Notes under the pieces: model-generated | What the model saw: only the letters and a program-made list of their open reading frames with translations | What the model was told of the DNA's origin: nothing | Database searches by the model: none | Position numbers and translations under genes: made by a program | Shown here: piece by piece, positions 40,552 through 53,627 of the stretch | Numbering within the stretch: the first letter of the stretch is position 1 | Layout: every line of letters begins with the position of its first letter | NCBI RefSeq assembly: GCF_037042905.1 | Contig: NC_087252.1 | Location: 11,844,001-11,904,000, forward strand | Direction: 5' to 3' | DNA length: 60,000 bases | Origin: Lytechinus pictus | Taxonomy: Eukaryota

Positions 40552-40572
40552 CATAGTTCTCTGGTTGCAGTG
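40552..40572 (-). CDS. Gene C 21-nt linker microexon (PLQPENY)
   Basis: TACAG|CACTGCAACCAGAGAACTATG|GTAAGA, phase 1-1, in frame with its neighbours. Confidence 0.65.
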
Positions 40573-41231
40573 CTGTATATAGCCCAACAAGGAAGCATAA
40601 TAGAGAAGAAAAAAAAAACAGAAATACGACTCAATGACATTTCATAAGTGGTACTTTATTTCCACAAATTGTGGTTTGTGATTTTTCAGTTTTAATTCAA
40701 TCATAGATAAAAATATCAAGTGGACAAGCCTTTCCATAAACTAAAACTATGACTTGATCACGATCTTTATTCAAACTTGGAATACAAGACAGTTATCATG
40801 ATACAATGAACATGATGGAAATCGTATTGCGACCAAATTCATGCATGTTTAAATTAAATTTTATATTCTATAATTATTTTAGAGACAATGACTTGTTCTG
40901 GAAGCCTAAAAAACAAAAAAATCTTTACTTCTGATTACAATATTTAAATTGAAAACCTACTATGATATTAAAAGACAAGTAAAAAGTATACGAAAATTAC
41001 AATGTTTCCCATCGTAAAAACAAATAAAGAGTATACTTGTGTAGTCTCGTATTGAAGATGATTTTTTTTTTGTTTAAATGGGTGTATTCTTCGGAAGGGC
41101 AGATGTTAATTAAATAGCTTTTATATTAAATGATTTCAGTTCAAATTTGAACTTGATGAGACAATTCCATTACTAAAAACACGGACCTATAGGTCCATGC
41201 TTAAAACAAGAAACAAAACAAAAGAACATAC

Positions 41232-41516
41232 GAGCTGTTGAAGCCATTGCAGTCACAGTGGTACTATTCCCTAAGTTGTTCTCTGCCCACAGTTTCAAGC
41301 GGTACCAGGTGAATGAATTCAGCCCATGCAATCTTTTGGACGTCCCTGTCAGGTTGAAGATAACCAAGCACTCTATCTTCGCCAGTGTGTTTGGACAGTA
41401 TTCCAGATTGAACGTCTGTTGAAACCCGCCATCGAACCCTTGTTGCCAGGCAACGAAGAGAGTTGAAGACGTCGTCTGGTTTTGGTCGACGATGAGCCGA
41501 GGAGGATCTGGGATGG
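41232..41516 (-). CDS. Gene C fibronectin type III exon
   Basis: TTCAG/GTATGT boundaries, 285 nt open; PDPP..TSSTLFVAWQQGFDGGFQQTF..LNSFTWYRLKLWAENNLG (nephrin/sidestep-like FN3). Confidence 0.9.
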
Positions 41517-41721
41517 CTGAATGGAGTTATGAAATACTTGATTTTAACGGTTGTGGGACAATAAGACAATAGTGTAAAGCGATTATTAACTACACAAGGA
41601 AAGTACACCAATTATATGACATTTGTGATAAAAAGTGTGTATTCCTCCAATGAGTCTGCGGAAGAAGACAATCATGGTTCATTAATAAAAATGTGTCTCG
41701 GTCTGATATCACTAGATTTAC

Positions 41722-42008
41722 CAGAATATAAGAGGACCATACTCGCGCTGTCATTCCCAATCTTAGTCTCAGCAAAACATGTATAGTTGCCATCGTCTTC
41801 TGATGAAATATTAGAAATGATCAGAACACTCGAAGTCAGGGTATCTTTTTGTGATGGACTTTGATGGTTCTGATGGCGGGTGCTGTTTTTTCTTTTAGTT
41901 CTGTACCATTTCATTGCCATGACATCGAGGCTGTTGGTCTACTATCTGATCTACATGTGAGGATGATATTAATGCTCTTACGATCATTAATAATCGATAG
42001 AGACTTTC
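41722..42008 (-). pseudogene. Gene C I-set Ig exon, inactivated
   Basis: ILTCRSDSRPTASMSWQ*NGTELKE, then a frameshift to NSTRH...LIISNISSEDDGNYTC; donor GTAAAT intact, 5' end degraded. Confidence 0.8.
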
Positions 42009-42469
42009 ACAAGGACAGTGTTACCATGCAGGGACGCCAATTGGCCGCTCACTATGTCACTCCTGTCCCTTTGGTTGTTATGATTTAGTTTCTAAAACAA
42101 ATTATTTTCGCTTTACAAACGTCATCCGACGCTTTGCTGTTTACCAACCTGAGCAAGAACCAGGGCCGTCACTGAAGGGGGGGGGGGGGGGGGTGCTCGC
42201 ACTTGGATACACAGACTGTTAAATTACATGTGCCGGATCCGAGTTTGTTCTTTATTCAAAGACGTATGAAATTGTTACATTTCAAGTCAAAATATCAATA
42301 GTTGCCAGCTTGCACTTCAGTATCGACAGTGAACCACTTTGCTTAAGAGGATCCTTTTCGGGTCAGTAAATCACAAATTTTAGCTCGCGCTTTGCGCTCG
42401 TATAATGTTAATTGAGATACTTGTTTAAGTACATCGATACTTGTTTAAGTACATCGATACGAATAGTAC

Positions 42470-44700
42470 ACAAAAAAACTTTATGACTTTTTAATTGCAA
42501 ATGAAGTTTTAACAATAGTGAAGTTCGAGTTCAGACCATGTCACTCGACGACCTCAGCACTTGGCGCACTTACTGAGTCATGGCTAAAAGCCATCGATGA
42601 AGGATTAGTAGTTGGTGCTCTTTTAATAGATCTGGGGCGTGCATTCGACACTGTAGATACATCTATAATGTTAAATAAACTACAGCTTATAGGATTGTCC
42701 CCTACTGCATTTTCGTGGTTTAATTCATACCTATCAGATTCAAAGCAACATGTTGTAATTAGACAATCTAATTCTGATCAACTCATTTTAAATCAGGGTG
42801 TGCCTCAAGGGTCGATACTGGGACCCCTCTTATTTTGATATACATCAATCACATGGTAAAAGTGGTAAAGAATGGGAGTCTTATAATGTACGCCGATGAT
42901 ACTACTTCGTATTGTACTGGTTCTTCTCTGAATGAAATTTAAATAAAATTACAGGAAGACATAAAATAACATCCATAATTGGATAGTTAATAATAAATTA
43001 GGTTTAAATGCAGACAAAACAAAATTTATCCTTATTGGAAGTAAACCAAAAATAAATTATTTTAGAGTTGAAGGCGTCTCTTTAACCTATGATGGGACAG
43101 AGATAGAGCATTGCTCCAGTCTAAAATGTCTTGGAATTGTTATTGACCAGAACCTCATGTGGAATGATCATGTTAACTCTGTCTGCAAAAAAAGTATTTG
43201 CGGGTCTGGCAATGATAAAAAAATCCGTCCATTTATCGACAACCACACTATGAAATTATCATACAATTGTTTAATCCAATCGCAAATGGACTATTGTTGC
43301 GAGATTTGGGAAACCGTTCAAAAACGCAGACCAACAAAATCATTAAACTTCAAAAACGGGCTGCGAGACTTATTCTAGATTGCAACATGTACACTCGTTC
43401 TCAAGAGATGTTTACATAGTTAAAATGGAATACCATTTAATCAACGTGTCAAATACTTCAGATGTATCTTCATGTATAAATGCATTCACAACTCATCTGC
43501 TGACTACTTTGGGAAGTTTTTTTTACCAAATTAGCACCCGCCAATCAGCAAGAGGCGACCTAGTACTCCCGAAATGTCGCCCAGGATACCATAAAACGCA
43601 TTATGCTATGACGGCCCTTCCCTATATAACAACCTACCAACTGAAATAAGATCTCAAACTAGCCTTCCATCATTTAAATTTCATTTGAAGAAGCATTTAG
43701 CATTATCTAATCATGACCCATAATCATTCTTCTTTTCAAGCTGTACCTCAATCATTTACTTAATTAACATATGGCCATAGCTCTATTTTGATATTGTTCG
43801 ACTCACAACTTCAGCTTACTTTCTTCATTTTACAGATTTTGGCTCATTGTTATTGTAACAATACACGTCTTATTACTTTCACCTCATCTGCTTTTTAAAT
43901 AATTGTACTTATATTATTAATTGTATATTTCCTTATTTCCTTCACATGTACTTACTTATTTATTTATGGATCTCTTATGATGATGCTTTGTAAATGAATT
44001 GTCACAATTGTTGTGTTATGCTATGTACACTTTCACAGGGCCCCATGGGAGACCAACACTTTGTTAAATGGGCTTCCCTGTTTTTAAATCCCGGGGGGCC
44101 ACTTACATTGACGAGTGGATACCATACGCGACCTAAAAAACACGTAAAAAGGATGTCTTTTTCAAGATAGGGCACGTTACGTACGTAACGTGATAAGGGT
44201 GTCAAAAACACAAAAATATTGAAAAAAGGGTATCTATTTCGCTAGGAGAATAACGTGTTTAGGGTCAAATTTGCGGGGATGATAAAACAAAATTAAAATG
44301 TCTTATAAAGGATGTCCTTTTTGCCCCAACACTACGTGTTTAGAGTCCGATTTGCGCGAGGTGTAGAAGGTGGGGTCGTACTAAACCAAATGATGTGTAT
44401 ATAAAAGGTAAAACCGACGACCGAAGGACCCGTGACATAATAAAACATTCCTGTACTTTAGGGGTTCATTTCAAGGAGTATTTGCCAAAACTATCGTTTT
44501 GTTTCCAATACTTGTTAAGGGTAGGGTTTCACACGCCCGGCACACGCCAATACTTGTTAAGGGGTGCATTTTCAGAATATGGAAATTACGTGTTTAGGGT
44601 GCTTTTCGAGACCCCATGGTCGCGCATGGTATCCACTCGTCAATGGAAGTGCCCCCCCCGGGGTTTTAAATAAATAAATAAATAAAATAAAAATAAATAA
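42470..44700 (+). mobile_element. 5'-truncated CR1/L2-group LINE (RT) with an (AAAT)n tail
   Basis: FRPCHSTTSAL..LIDLGRAFDTVD..GVPQGSILGPLLF..YADD with stops; tail at 44668-44700 after the MITE. Confidence 0.9.
44090..44662. mobile_element. MITE with CCCGGGGGG termini and a 9-bp TSD (Mutator-like)
   Basis: TIR of about 44 bp (CCACTTACATTGACGAGTGGATACCAT); TSD TTTTTAAAT/GTTTTAAAT. Confidence 0.85.
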
Positions 44701-46839
44701 GTACAGATGCAGAAACTGAGTTTGTTTTAATTTAAAAACATCTACGAAAATGTTTGATTTTTTTAGTAAAAATATCCAAACCTTTCGCGCTCGCATCAGT
44801 CACTGATACCCTTCCTTTTTCATATAAAAAAGGCATGGAATGTCCTATTCTAAATCTAAATTGGATTAGATAGCCATTATGTCGGGATAAAGACAACCAT
44901 ACATCAACAGAAAGGTAATGATTCATAGAATCCAAATATACCAAAAAATATTACATATATCTCCTTCCATTAGTTAAAAAATAAGATAGAAATCAAAGAA
45001 ATCGCTCCTCCTGAACTCGCTTTGATTGAGCACCCCCACGTCACATGTAAATGATGACGTCATGTTGTGTATGGAGGTTCAATATGTTTGTGTACAAAAA
45101 CACTGGGTGATTTTTCTGATTTTCAGATTATGAATTCATTTTTTTTCATTTTCAGATGAAAATGGCCCTCACAATTATTCAGTGTTGAAATAGAGGGAAA
45201 CAACTATTCACGACCTTTTTAGTGATTTCTTTGTTTGGCTCTTATTGGTCCTGATTTGCTATGTCAGTAAAAGTCGTTACACATAATAGTCCGGGAGCAA
45301 TATCTCATGGGGGCTCTATTTAAGGAGTTCGTACAACCCACACCACAAAAAAAGTTTGACACCATAGGGGGGTAGTATAGACCCTCTAGATTACTGCTAG
45401 GTAGGTAGTAGTCTCAAATTGTGGTATCACTATTTTTCTACAGTCGAATTTAAAGAGCGATGTAAAATAGCAAAAAAAAAATGGAAAAAATCAATAACCT
45501 TTAAGGGTAAGGTGAAATGTAAGTTGCCATATCAACGCTTGTATATGCCATAAAAACGCCATTCATGTATCAAAATGTTGCTGGGTGACAGCTTTAACGT
45601 TACAAAACATTTAAAAGTGAAATTTAGATATCAAACCTTAAAAATAGGAATACATTCATGGCCAATATCCACTTCCATCTCAAGTAGATATGAAAAAATT
45701 GATACGATAAAGTGATTTTGTGTTGTTAAACATGAGACGCTCTAAATAACTACAGTAGGACTAAATATGCGTTATTCATAACATATTGAATATTTTGGCA
45801 ATATTTTTAGCCATTTCAGATATGTTTTAACTACCATATATGGGCTATTTTTCACAATCTTGTAGTGCCGTTAGTTTGAGATCCAACGCTGCATGAATCA
45901 AGTAGCATTTCTTGTTCACTGGGGATATAATCTGATCCCAACCATCATTACCATATTCCATTTTCTTTCTTCAAATTCCTTTTTTCTTCTAATTTCCTTA
46001 AATTGTTAATTCTTTTATAGGGTTCAATGGCCGAAAGGCCTCCCCAAGGGGGGGGGGGGGCTGTCAACGTCATCCCATCCCTTTTCCGAAGTTTGTCCAT
46101 TTCTTGTTAAATTTGTAATTTTAAGTCCTTTTTGAGGCAGATACGATTCTACTATATAGTAAACCCTTTTCAATTCATTTGAAACCACTTTAAGACAAAA
46201 GAGATACCTTTTATCTATCTTCTATAAATAAAGAGGTGCTGGCAACCTTCTCACTGAGGGGGGGGGGGGGGCTGCCAAAGTCACCCAGCCATTTTCAGCA
46301 TTATATCTTTTAAAGTAAAAATCTACTATTCTGAAGCCCCCATTGACAGGCAAAAAGAACATTTCTGCTAAGTAGTAAAGTATTTTTATTGTCATGAAAT
46401 CACTTTGGGACAAAATAGTAGGCTTTTCTCTATAAGGTACATATAATGAAGTGCTGGGACATCGAAGCCTCTACCACACATTACACACCATTTTTTCCGT
46501 ATTTTGCCTAATTATGGGAAAATCTGTCATTTTGGAGCCCCAATTCAGGCAAAAGCTGTTTCCGCTGTAAAGCAAGCAACATAAAGCGTCTTAAAACTAC
46601 TTGGAGACAACAGAGTACTTCTTTCTCTATCAGCTGCATATAACGAAGTGTTAGAAAATTGAAGCTTACCTCCGTCAGGAGCCTGCCGAAGTTACCAACC
46701 CCTTTTTCGTATTTTGCCTATTTAGTGAAAAATCTGCCGTTTTGGAGCCCCCATTAAGGTAAAAAGCTGTTTCCGCTGTAAAGCAAGCCACTTAAATCGT
46801 CTTTTAACTACTTGGAGACACAAGAGTAGTTATTATCTA

Positions 46840-47108
46840 ACCGGTGTGTTGGCTCAGTTGGTAGAGCGTCCGTCTCACAACCGGGAGGTCGGGGGGTTCA
46901 AACCCCGGCCGCGTCAGACCAAAAGACGTTGAAAGATGGGAGTTGCTGCTCCCCTGTTTGGCGTTCAACGATTAAAGGGATAGAGCCTCGTCGATCTGGC
47001 GTTGCACAGTGGCTGCCGGGCCCATGATCAATTGGGCAAAGCAAAATTTCGGAGTATTTCATTTCATGTCTATTTCGAACAATAAATTATGGATTTTCAT
47101 TTTCATTT
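46840..47108 (+). mobile_element. tRNA-derived SINE, copy 1
   Basis: TGGCTCAGTTGGTAGAGC A box, GGTTCAAACC B box, (TTTCAT)n tail. Confidence 0.9.
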
Positions 47109-47323
47109 CTCTATCAGCTGCATATAACGAAGTGTTAGGAAATCGAAACTTATCTCCCTCAGGGGCCTGCCGAAGTTACCCACCCCTTTTTCGTATTATG
47201 CCTATTTAGTGAAAAATATGCCGTTTTGGAGCCCCCATTGAGGTAAAAAGCTGTTTCCGCTGTAAAGCAAGCAACTTAAATTGTCTTTTAACTACTTGGA
47301 GACACAAGAGTAGTTATTATCTA

Positions 47324-47591
47324 ACCGGTGTGTTGGCTCAGTTGGTAGAGCGTCCGTCTCACAACCGGGAGGTCGGGGGTTCAAACCCCGGCCGCGTCAG
47401 ACCAAAAGACGTTAAAAGATTGGAGTTGCTGCTACCCTGTTTGGCGTTCAACGATTAAAGGGATAGAGCCTCGTCGATCTGGCGTTGCACAGTGGCTGCC
47501 GGGCCCACGATCAATTGGGCAAAGCAAATTTTCGGAGTATTTCATTTCATGTCTATTTCGAACAATAGATTATGGATTTTCATTTTCATTT
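47324..47591 (+). mobile_element. tRNA-derived SINE, copy 2
   Basis: Near-identical to copy 1 and at the same position in the next array unit. Confidence 0.9.
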
Positions 47592-48661
47592 CTCTATCAG
47601 CTGCATATAACGAAGTGTTAGGAAATCGAAGCTTATCTCCCTCAGGGGCCTGCCGAAGTTACCCACCCCTTTTTCGTATTATGCCTATTTAGTAAAAAAT
47701 ATGCCGTTTTGGAGCCCCCATTGAGGTAAAAAGCTGTTTCCGCTGTAAAGCAAGCCACTTAAATCGTCTTTTAACTACTTGGAGACACAAGAGTAGTTAT
47801 TTCTCTATCAGCTGCATATAACGAAGTGTTAGGAAATCGAAGCTTTTCTCCCTCAGGGGCCTGCCGAAGTTACCCACCCCTTTTTCGTATTATGCCTTTT
47901 TAGGAGAAGATCTTCCACTTTGGAGCCCCCATTGAGGCAAAAGGCTGCTTCCGCTGTAATTCAGGCCATCTAAATCATCTTTAAAAACTACCTGGAGATA
48001 AAAGAGTACATTTTTCTATCAGCTACATATGAGAAAGAGCTTGGAAACTGGAGCCAATCGCCTTAGGGTGCTGCCGAAATTACTCACCCCTTTTCCGAAT
48101 TTTGCCTATTTATGGGAAAATCTGCCGTTTTGGAGCCCCTATTGAGGTAAAAAGCTGTTTCCGCTGTAAAGCAAGCCACTTAAATCGTATTTTAACTACT
48201 TGGAGAGCCAAAATTAATTCTTTCTCTATCAGTTAACATATAAGGAAGTGCTAGGAAATCGAAGCCTACCCCATCAGGGGCCTGCCGAAGTTACCTACCC
48301 TTTTTTCGTATTTTGTATATTTATGGGAAAATCTTCCATTTCGGAGCCCCCCATTGAGGCAAAAGGCTATTTCTGTTGGAAGCAAGCCACATAAATCGCT
48401 TTAAAACTATATGGAGATGGAAAACTATATTTTTGTCTATCAGCTACATATAAAGAAGGGCTAGGAAACTGGGGCCTACCCCCCTCAAGGGGCTGCGGAA
48501 ATTACTCACCCCTGTTCCGTATTTTGCCTATTTATGGGAAACTCTGCCATTTTGGAGCCCCTATGAGGCAAAATGTTGTTTCCGCTGTAAAGCAAGCCAC
48601 GTAAATCGTCTTTTAACTACTTGAAGACAAAGGAGTAGTTATTTCTCTATCAGCTACATAT

Positions 48662-49469
48662 GAAGAGCTCACTAGCAAAAGGGGTTAGGTCCATTTTTCA
48701 TCAAATTTGTTTTGGTCTCAATGTATAGATTTTTAGTAGCTCTATAAGATGATACCAAAGAAAAGTTGAAATTCCTATTTAAAAGTGATCTAAAATGGCA
48801 AAGAAAAATCACTTTTTTTTTCAAAAGGGGTTAGGTCCATTTCAGTTTAGTTGCAAAAGGGATTAGGTCCACACCGAATTTTTTTGGAAAAGAATATTTT
48901 AAAAAATATGAATAAAGGTAGATTTCTTTTATACCCAATTTTATGTTGTCATGGTAGGGAATCTTGAAAATTTAGTTTCGCATAAGAATATGCAATACAG
49001 GAGAATTAAAAAAAAATGATTTTCTTGGAGTGGATCTAACCCTTTTGCAAACAAACTCTTCTGAAGAGCTCATTTGTCAACAGGGGTTAGGTCCATTTTA
49101 TTGTTTTCTGTCTCAAATCTCTAAATTTTTAATCGCTTTGATGAAAACAAAGAAAATTCGAAATTTACATGAAAACGTGAAAAAAGTGGCAAAGAAAAAT
49201 CACTTTTTTTTATCAAAATAGGTTGGATTCATTTCAGTTTACTTGCAAAAGGGCTTAGGTCCACAATGATAATTTTTAAAATAATTTATAGAAAAAAAAT
49301 TGAAGACAGGTAGATTTCTTTTATACCCAATTTTATGTTCACATGATAGGGTAGTACATCATGACAATTTAGTTTCTCATAAGAATATTGCAGTAAGTGA
49401 GAATAAAAAACATGGTTTTTCTCAGAATGGTCCAAAGTGGACCTAAGCCCTTTTGCAACTAAACTCTTC
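48662..49469. mobile_element. Head-to-tail dimer of a ~400-bp MITE (Sola-like, 4-bp ATAT TSD)
   Basis: ATAT|GAAGAG..CTCTTC T GAAGAG..CTCTTC|ATAT; internal AAAAGGGGTTAGGTCCA repeats. Confidence 0.8.
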
Positions 49470-50049
49470 ATATAAGGAAGTGCTAGGAAATCGAAGCCTA
49501 CCACAATTTGAGACTACTACCTACCTAGCATTTATCTAGAGGGTCCATACTAACTACCTATGGTATCAAACCTTTTCTGTGGTGTGGGTTGTACGAACTC
49601 ATTTTCCACAGGTCCTTGCTCCCGGACTATTATCTGAATGCAGATAGAATTGAAATCTGCGCCATATAAGCAACAAATAAATTATGGCAAAAACTAGTCC
49701 AAAACTGTAGATTTCATAAATTCAAGCGTGCAGGAAAAATATATGTGATATCACTCTGTGATAGAAGTGAAGAAAATGAAATGCGTAATCTGGAAAAAAA
49801 AATCACCCAGTTTTTCTGTGTACAAACCTATGGAATCACAACGCTTCTCACACAACGTGACGTCGCGGTCTCGAGGCCGGTAAATGGAGCTGTTTTTAAG
49901 CAAAATACTCAACTGTTCAGCTGTGAAAATGCATTGCTGTATTTAGTAGTCTATAAACTTTCGATTAGTAATGATTTGTCATTTTCATTTTTGGGTCCGG
50001 TCTGGGTCTTTAAGAATGTCAAATGCTCAGGTTGTGAAATAAAACAAAT

Positions 50050-52297
50050 TTAGTTTGCGCTTGCAATAGTTGCTTAGCTCTATGCCCGCATTCTTCAAGG
50101 TTACATTGCTTGTTTACTGTATTCGTTTTAGAATGTGCTTAACCAGTAAAGTTTTTAGGTCCAATATGTCAAAAATATCAGCCCGCGCTTTGTGCTCGCT
50201 CTATTTGATTAGTGAGAAATGTATTATATTCATAAGTCACTGCAAACAGTTTTTTAACATTCTTTTTTTCAAAAAGGTTAATTAAGAGTATCAGATGCAC
50301 TGTTCATACGCATATTATTCATGAAAAGGGTGCTTAAAATGCCCTGTTTTCTTGTCAGGAATCAAAATTTCAGCTAGCGATTCTCTACCGCACAAATTGT
50401 TTGGTTCATAAATGGTTCAGTTTTTAGGTCGGAATATGCATTTTTTCAGCTCGCGCTTTGCGCTCACTCTACTTGATCTGTGAGAAGTGTATTCTATTAA
50501 TATTTCACTGCAGACAGTTGATTAACATGTCCTTCTCAGAACATTTAATTGATACTTTCAGCTCGCGCTAGCATGAATTGCTTACTTACATATTATGCAT
50601 ATTGTTCATACAAAAAGTTCTTACTAAATTTCGCAAATCAAAATTTTCAGCTCGCACTTCGCGCTAGCGTCAGCTATTGTTTAGTTTATGTATCCATCAT
50701 CCTCGTTGTTACAATCGAGTTTTCAGGTCGAAATTAAAAATGATTGAGCTTGCGCTTGGCTCTCGAATTTCTTGAATGGAGAGAAATTGATTATTTCATG
50801 TATCATTGTGAACAGGCTTTCACATGACTTGTTGCTGGCCAGTATGTAAGAAAAAATTCAGCCCGCGCTTTTCGCTCGCATATATAGTTAGTTAGATACA
50901 CATGCATGGCAATAGCTGCTCACAACAATCAATTTTCAGGGCTAAATATACACACAAAAAATGAGAACTAGTTTCCATAAGTAAAATCGTTTGCTACTCA
51001 CGGCCACTCATGGAACCGAGTGCCTTTTATTCGTATATTACGTATTTTTCAAATCTTTTTTTCTCTTTAAAAGTTACATCCGCTCTTCCAGTATACTCAT
51101 TTTTTTCTTGAGTATCCCTTACACAAATAATTTCGTAAAACAAATGTGCAAAGTGAGTTTCTCTTCAAACGGGTGAAAACACTAACAATCGAGTAAAGTG
51201 AGAATTGCTGAGAAATACTGTAATTCACTAGATGAGTAAACCACGACAGTCTCGGGGTCTCATGAAAGTATTTGCGAGTAATTTAATTGGATATGCGTAA
51301 TTTTACATGTTGCATTTGGTACGCCTACTCAGATCACGAGTACAATCTGCACCCGGTCAATCGAGCGCGCCGCGGGATATTGGTCGGATGCGGACATGCG
51401 AAGAGGTACGGTGTATGAGATGTATCTTTATAAAAATATATAGGCCTACCCCTAACAATTTTTTTTTTTTGGGGGGGGGGTGGTGAGTTTTACGTGTCTA
51501 TTCTTGTTTGTTTTGTTTGCTCTATATAGCTTGAGCCTTGAATCCGGCATCTTGGTGTTAGCCTATTCATATAGCAAAAAACCAATGTTGATCCCATGGA
51601 TTTCCCATTACTTTGTCAGTCATGTACACAGTTTGAGTGAATTGATGCAATGATGTGAGAAGAATTTGCTTGTGATGAGTTTGTGCAACGTTAACTTACT
51701 GACTCTCTGAGTTTGTAAGCGTTACTCACTAGATGAGCTTATGCAAAGCACTCAAAACATTTAGTTAAGTTACTCAATTAATTGAGTTAATTAAATAAAA
51801 CTCATTGTGTATGTCACTATAGTGTCAAATCAAGAATACTCCATTAGTTGCGTTTTCCAAGTAACTTCGTTGAGTGAAAGCACTCATCCATGTATGTCAC
51901 TATAGTGTAAAAAAATACTTGGCATTCGAGTGTGATTACTAATACGTGCAAGCTCTTATTTTTGTGTGTACATAACTTTGAGCTCGCGCTTCGTGCTCGC
52001 ATTGTAATTTATATCAATGCCACATCAAATACCTTATTTTGCTTCTAAAATTGAATATAAAGTTAATAGTAATGCCTCAAAAAGAAAAGAAAATCCAATT
52101 TTGGCGACCGCGACGGGAAATGTGGATGAAAATACACTCCCCATTGATAAAAGCTGGAACTGATCATGGGAATGACGAAGAATATGACTAAGTAAAATGT
52201 GGAACATTTCCAAAATTCACGGTTAGCTGGAGGTCGGTAATCACCAGTAATCCGGGCCTCCACCCCCCCCCCCCCACTGAAAAAAAGGACGCCCCTG
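50050..52297. repeat. GCTCGCGCTTCGCGCTCGC-repeat element, right part
   Basis: Motif recurs at about 50180, 50450, 50650, 50860 and 51980; GACGCCCCTG end at 52297 pairs with CAGGGCCGTC at 42161. Confidence 0.6.
50951..51968. mobile_element. Non-autonomous CAC-terminal DNA element with TA TSD
   Basis: TA|CACACAAAAAATGAG ... CTCTTATTTTTGTGTG|TA; many TGAGT/ACTCA subterminal motifs. Confidence 0.75.
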
Positions 52298-52708
52298 AAT
52301 GTACGGTGGTCCTTATCATTTCCAGATTGAAAGATTGTCGTGCTAAATGGAACTTTATATGAAAGGTGAAATAAATATGAAAGACGGAATGATATATGTC
52401 GATATAAGAAAAAATTGTGTTTGAAGCTGGCTACAAATAGCAAACTATGTATTGTGTAATGATGGATATCAAACCTGAACTTGGACCTGAAACAAAGCAA
52501 GGGAAATGTTATGCGTTAGATCTTGAGGCATAACAATTAGTGGATTGCAAACGCACATACTCAACTAATTACAGGAAATCCTCCACCAAATTTATGAAAA
52601 GGTCAGACAATTGTTTTATAGTTTCATTTTGATTTTTAGTCATTGTATATACCGGCACAAACAAAAATCAGACTTTGGTTTTCCTTTTCATCAATGGCGT
52701 TAACATAC

Positions 52709-53038
52709 CCTGGATATTTAGGAAAACAATACACTGACGATCACTCTGGAGTGTTTGATGTGACGCAAAGCAGCTGATATGCTTTCCTTGATCACTCGCA
52801 GAGGGCGTGATGGTAAGAACCTTCAGAGACATGTAGCTGTTGTTTACGATGACATTAGTCTGATCTTGTTGATTGGAAAATATATCATCTGGTACAACCC
52901 AGTTAAGAACGGCAGGAGGCCTTGCTTGCAATGCTATACATGTAAAGTCATTTGGCTCTCCTGCCGTTATTGTAATAAGGGTGTTATTGAAGAATTGACG
53001 GCTCCATCTATCGGCAACGGCAACGAAAGTAGGTGAAG
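52709..53038 (-). CDS. IgSF gene C C2-type Ig exon (C2a)
   Basis: CAG/GTATGT boundaries, 330 nt open; FTCIALQARPPAVLNW...DQGKHISCFASH. Confidence 0.9.
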
Positions 53039-53627
53039 CTGTGAAAGACAATAGAAAATTCTTGAGGATTACAGTGATTTGACTATTTTTATCAATTGAC
53101 ATTTCATTGTACGTTAGTTTTCGATTATGAAATGGCTATCAAGTCCAATGTATGTGTATATAATTATACATTGATGTTGATTATTTTACGTTGAATAAAG
53201 TTACGTATATTTTGTGGATGCCGACAAAGCTTCCATATCAATTTCCTAATATTGTAGGATAAAATAGTATTGCTCTCATAATATCAATAATAAGCAATAG
53301 AATTATAAATAAACTTCCATTGGTTACCAGTTAAAAAATAAGATCGACAACTTATATGAAAAAAATGTATTAATAAATCTAGTGATTTACTTGTTTTTCT
53401 TATTTCATGGTTGTGTGCTGATAACATTTTCTGCGATTGTTTGATTTTTCCTCTTTCTCCGCGATCAGTTGAATCGAAAATAATCGCACTTCAAAAAGTT
53501 CCAAAATCGGCATATGTGTTTCTTTTTCTTAATACAGACATGATGAAATCGTATTGTGTGGTATTTTGAATTTTTTGTTAAAATTGGTTGACTTGAATTT
53601 GATTATTTTTTTTTACAATTACTGCAC

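Larger units (their letters stand above)
46290..48660. repeat. ~210-bp tandem array, about 9 units
   Basis: Marker TTTGGAGCCCC recurs at about 46530, 46741, 47225, 47708, 47919, 48128, 48339 and 48550. Confidence 0.95.
45287..49629. mobile_element. Non-autonomous Academ-like element (TAG termini, ~140-bp TIRs)
   Basis: TAGTCCGGGAGCAA...GTAGTCTCAAATTGTGGTA mirrored at 49499-49629. Confidence 0.75.

Noticed and set aside
46840..46915. tRNA-Val(CAC)-like gene, also at 47324
   Set aside because: No proper acceptor stem, and it continues into a conserved body and a TTTCAT tail, so it is a SINE head
47009..47692. Two near-identical 66-aa ORFs
   Set aside because: Chance read-through of the duplicated SINE tail and array unit
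46290..48660. CRISPR-like array
   Set aside because: Eukaryotic context, and whole units repeat with no unique spacers
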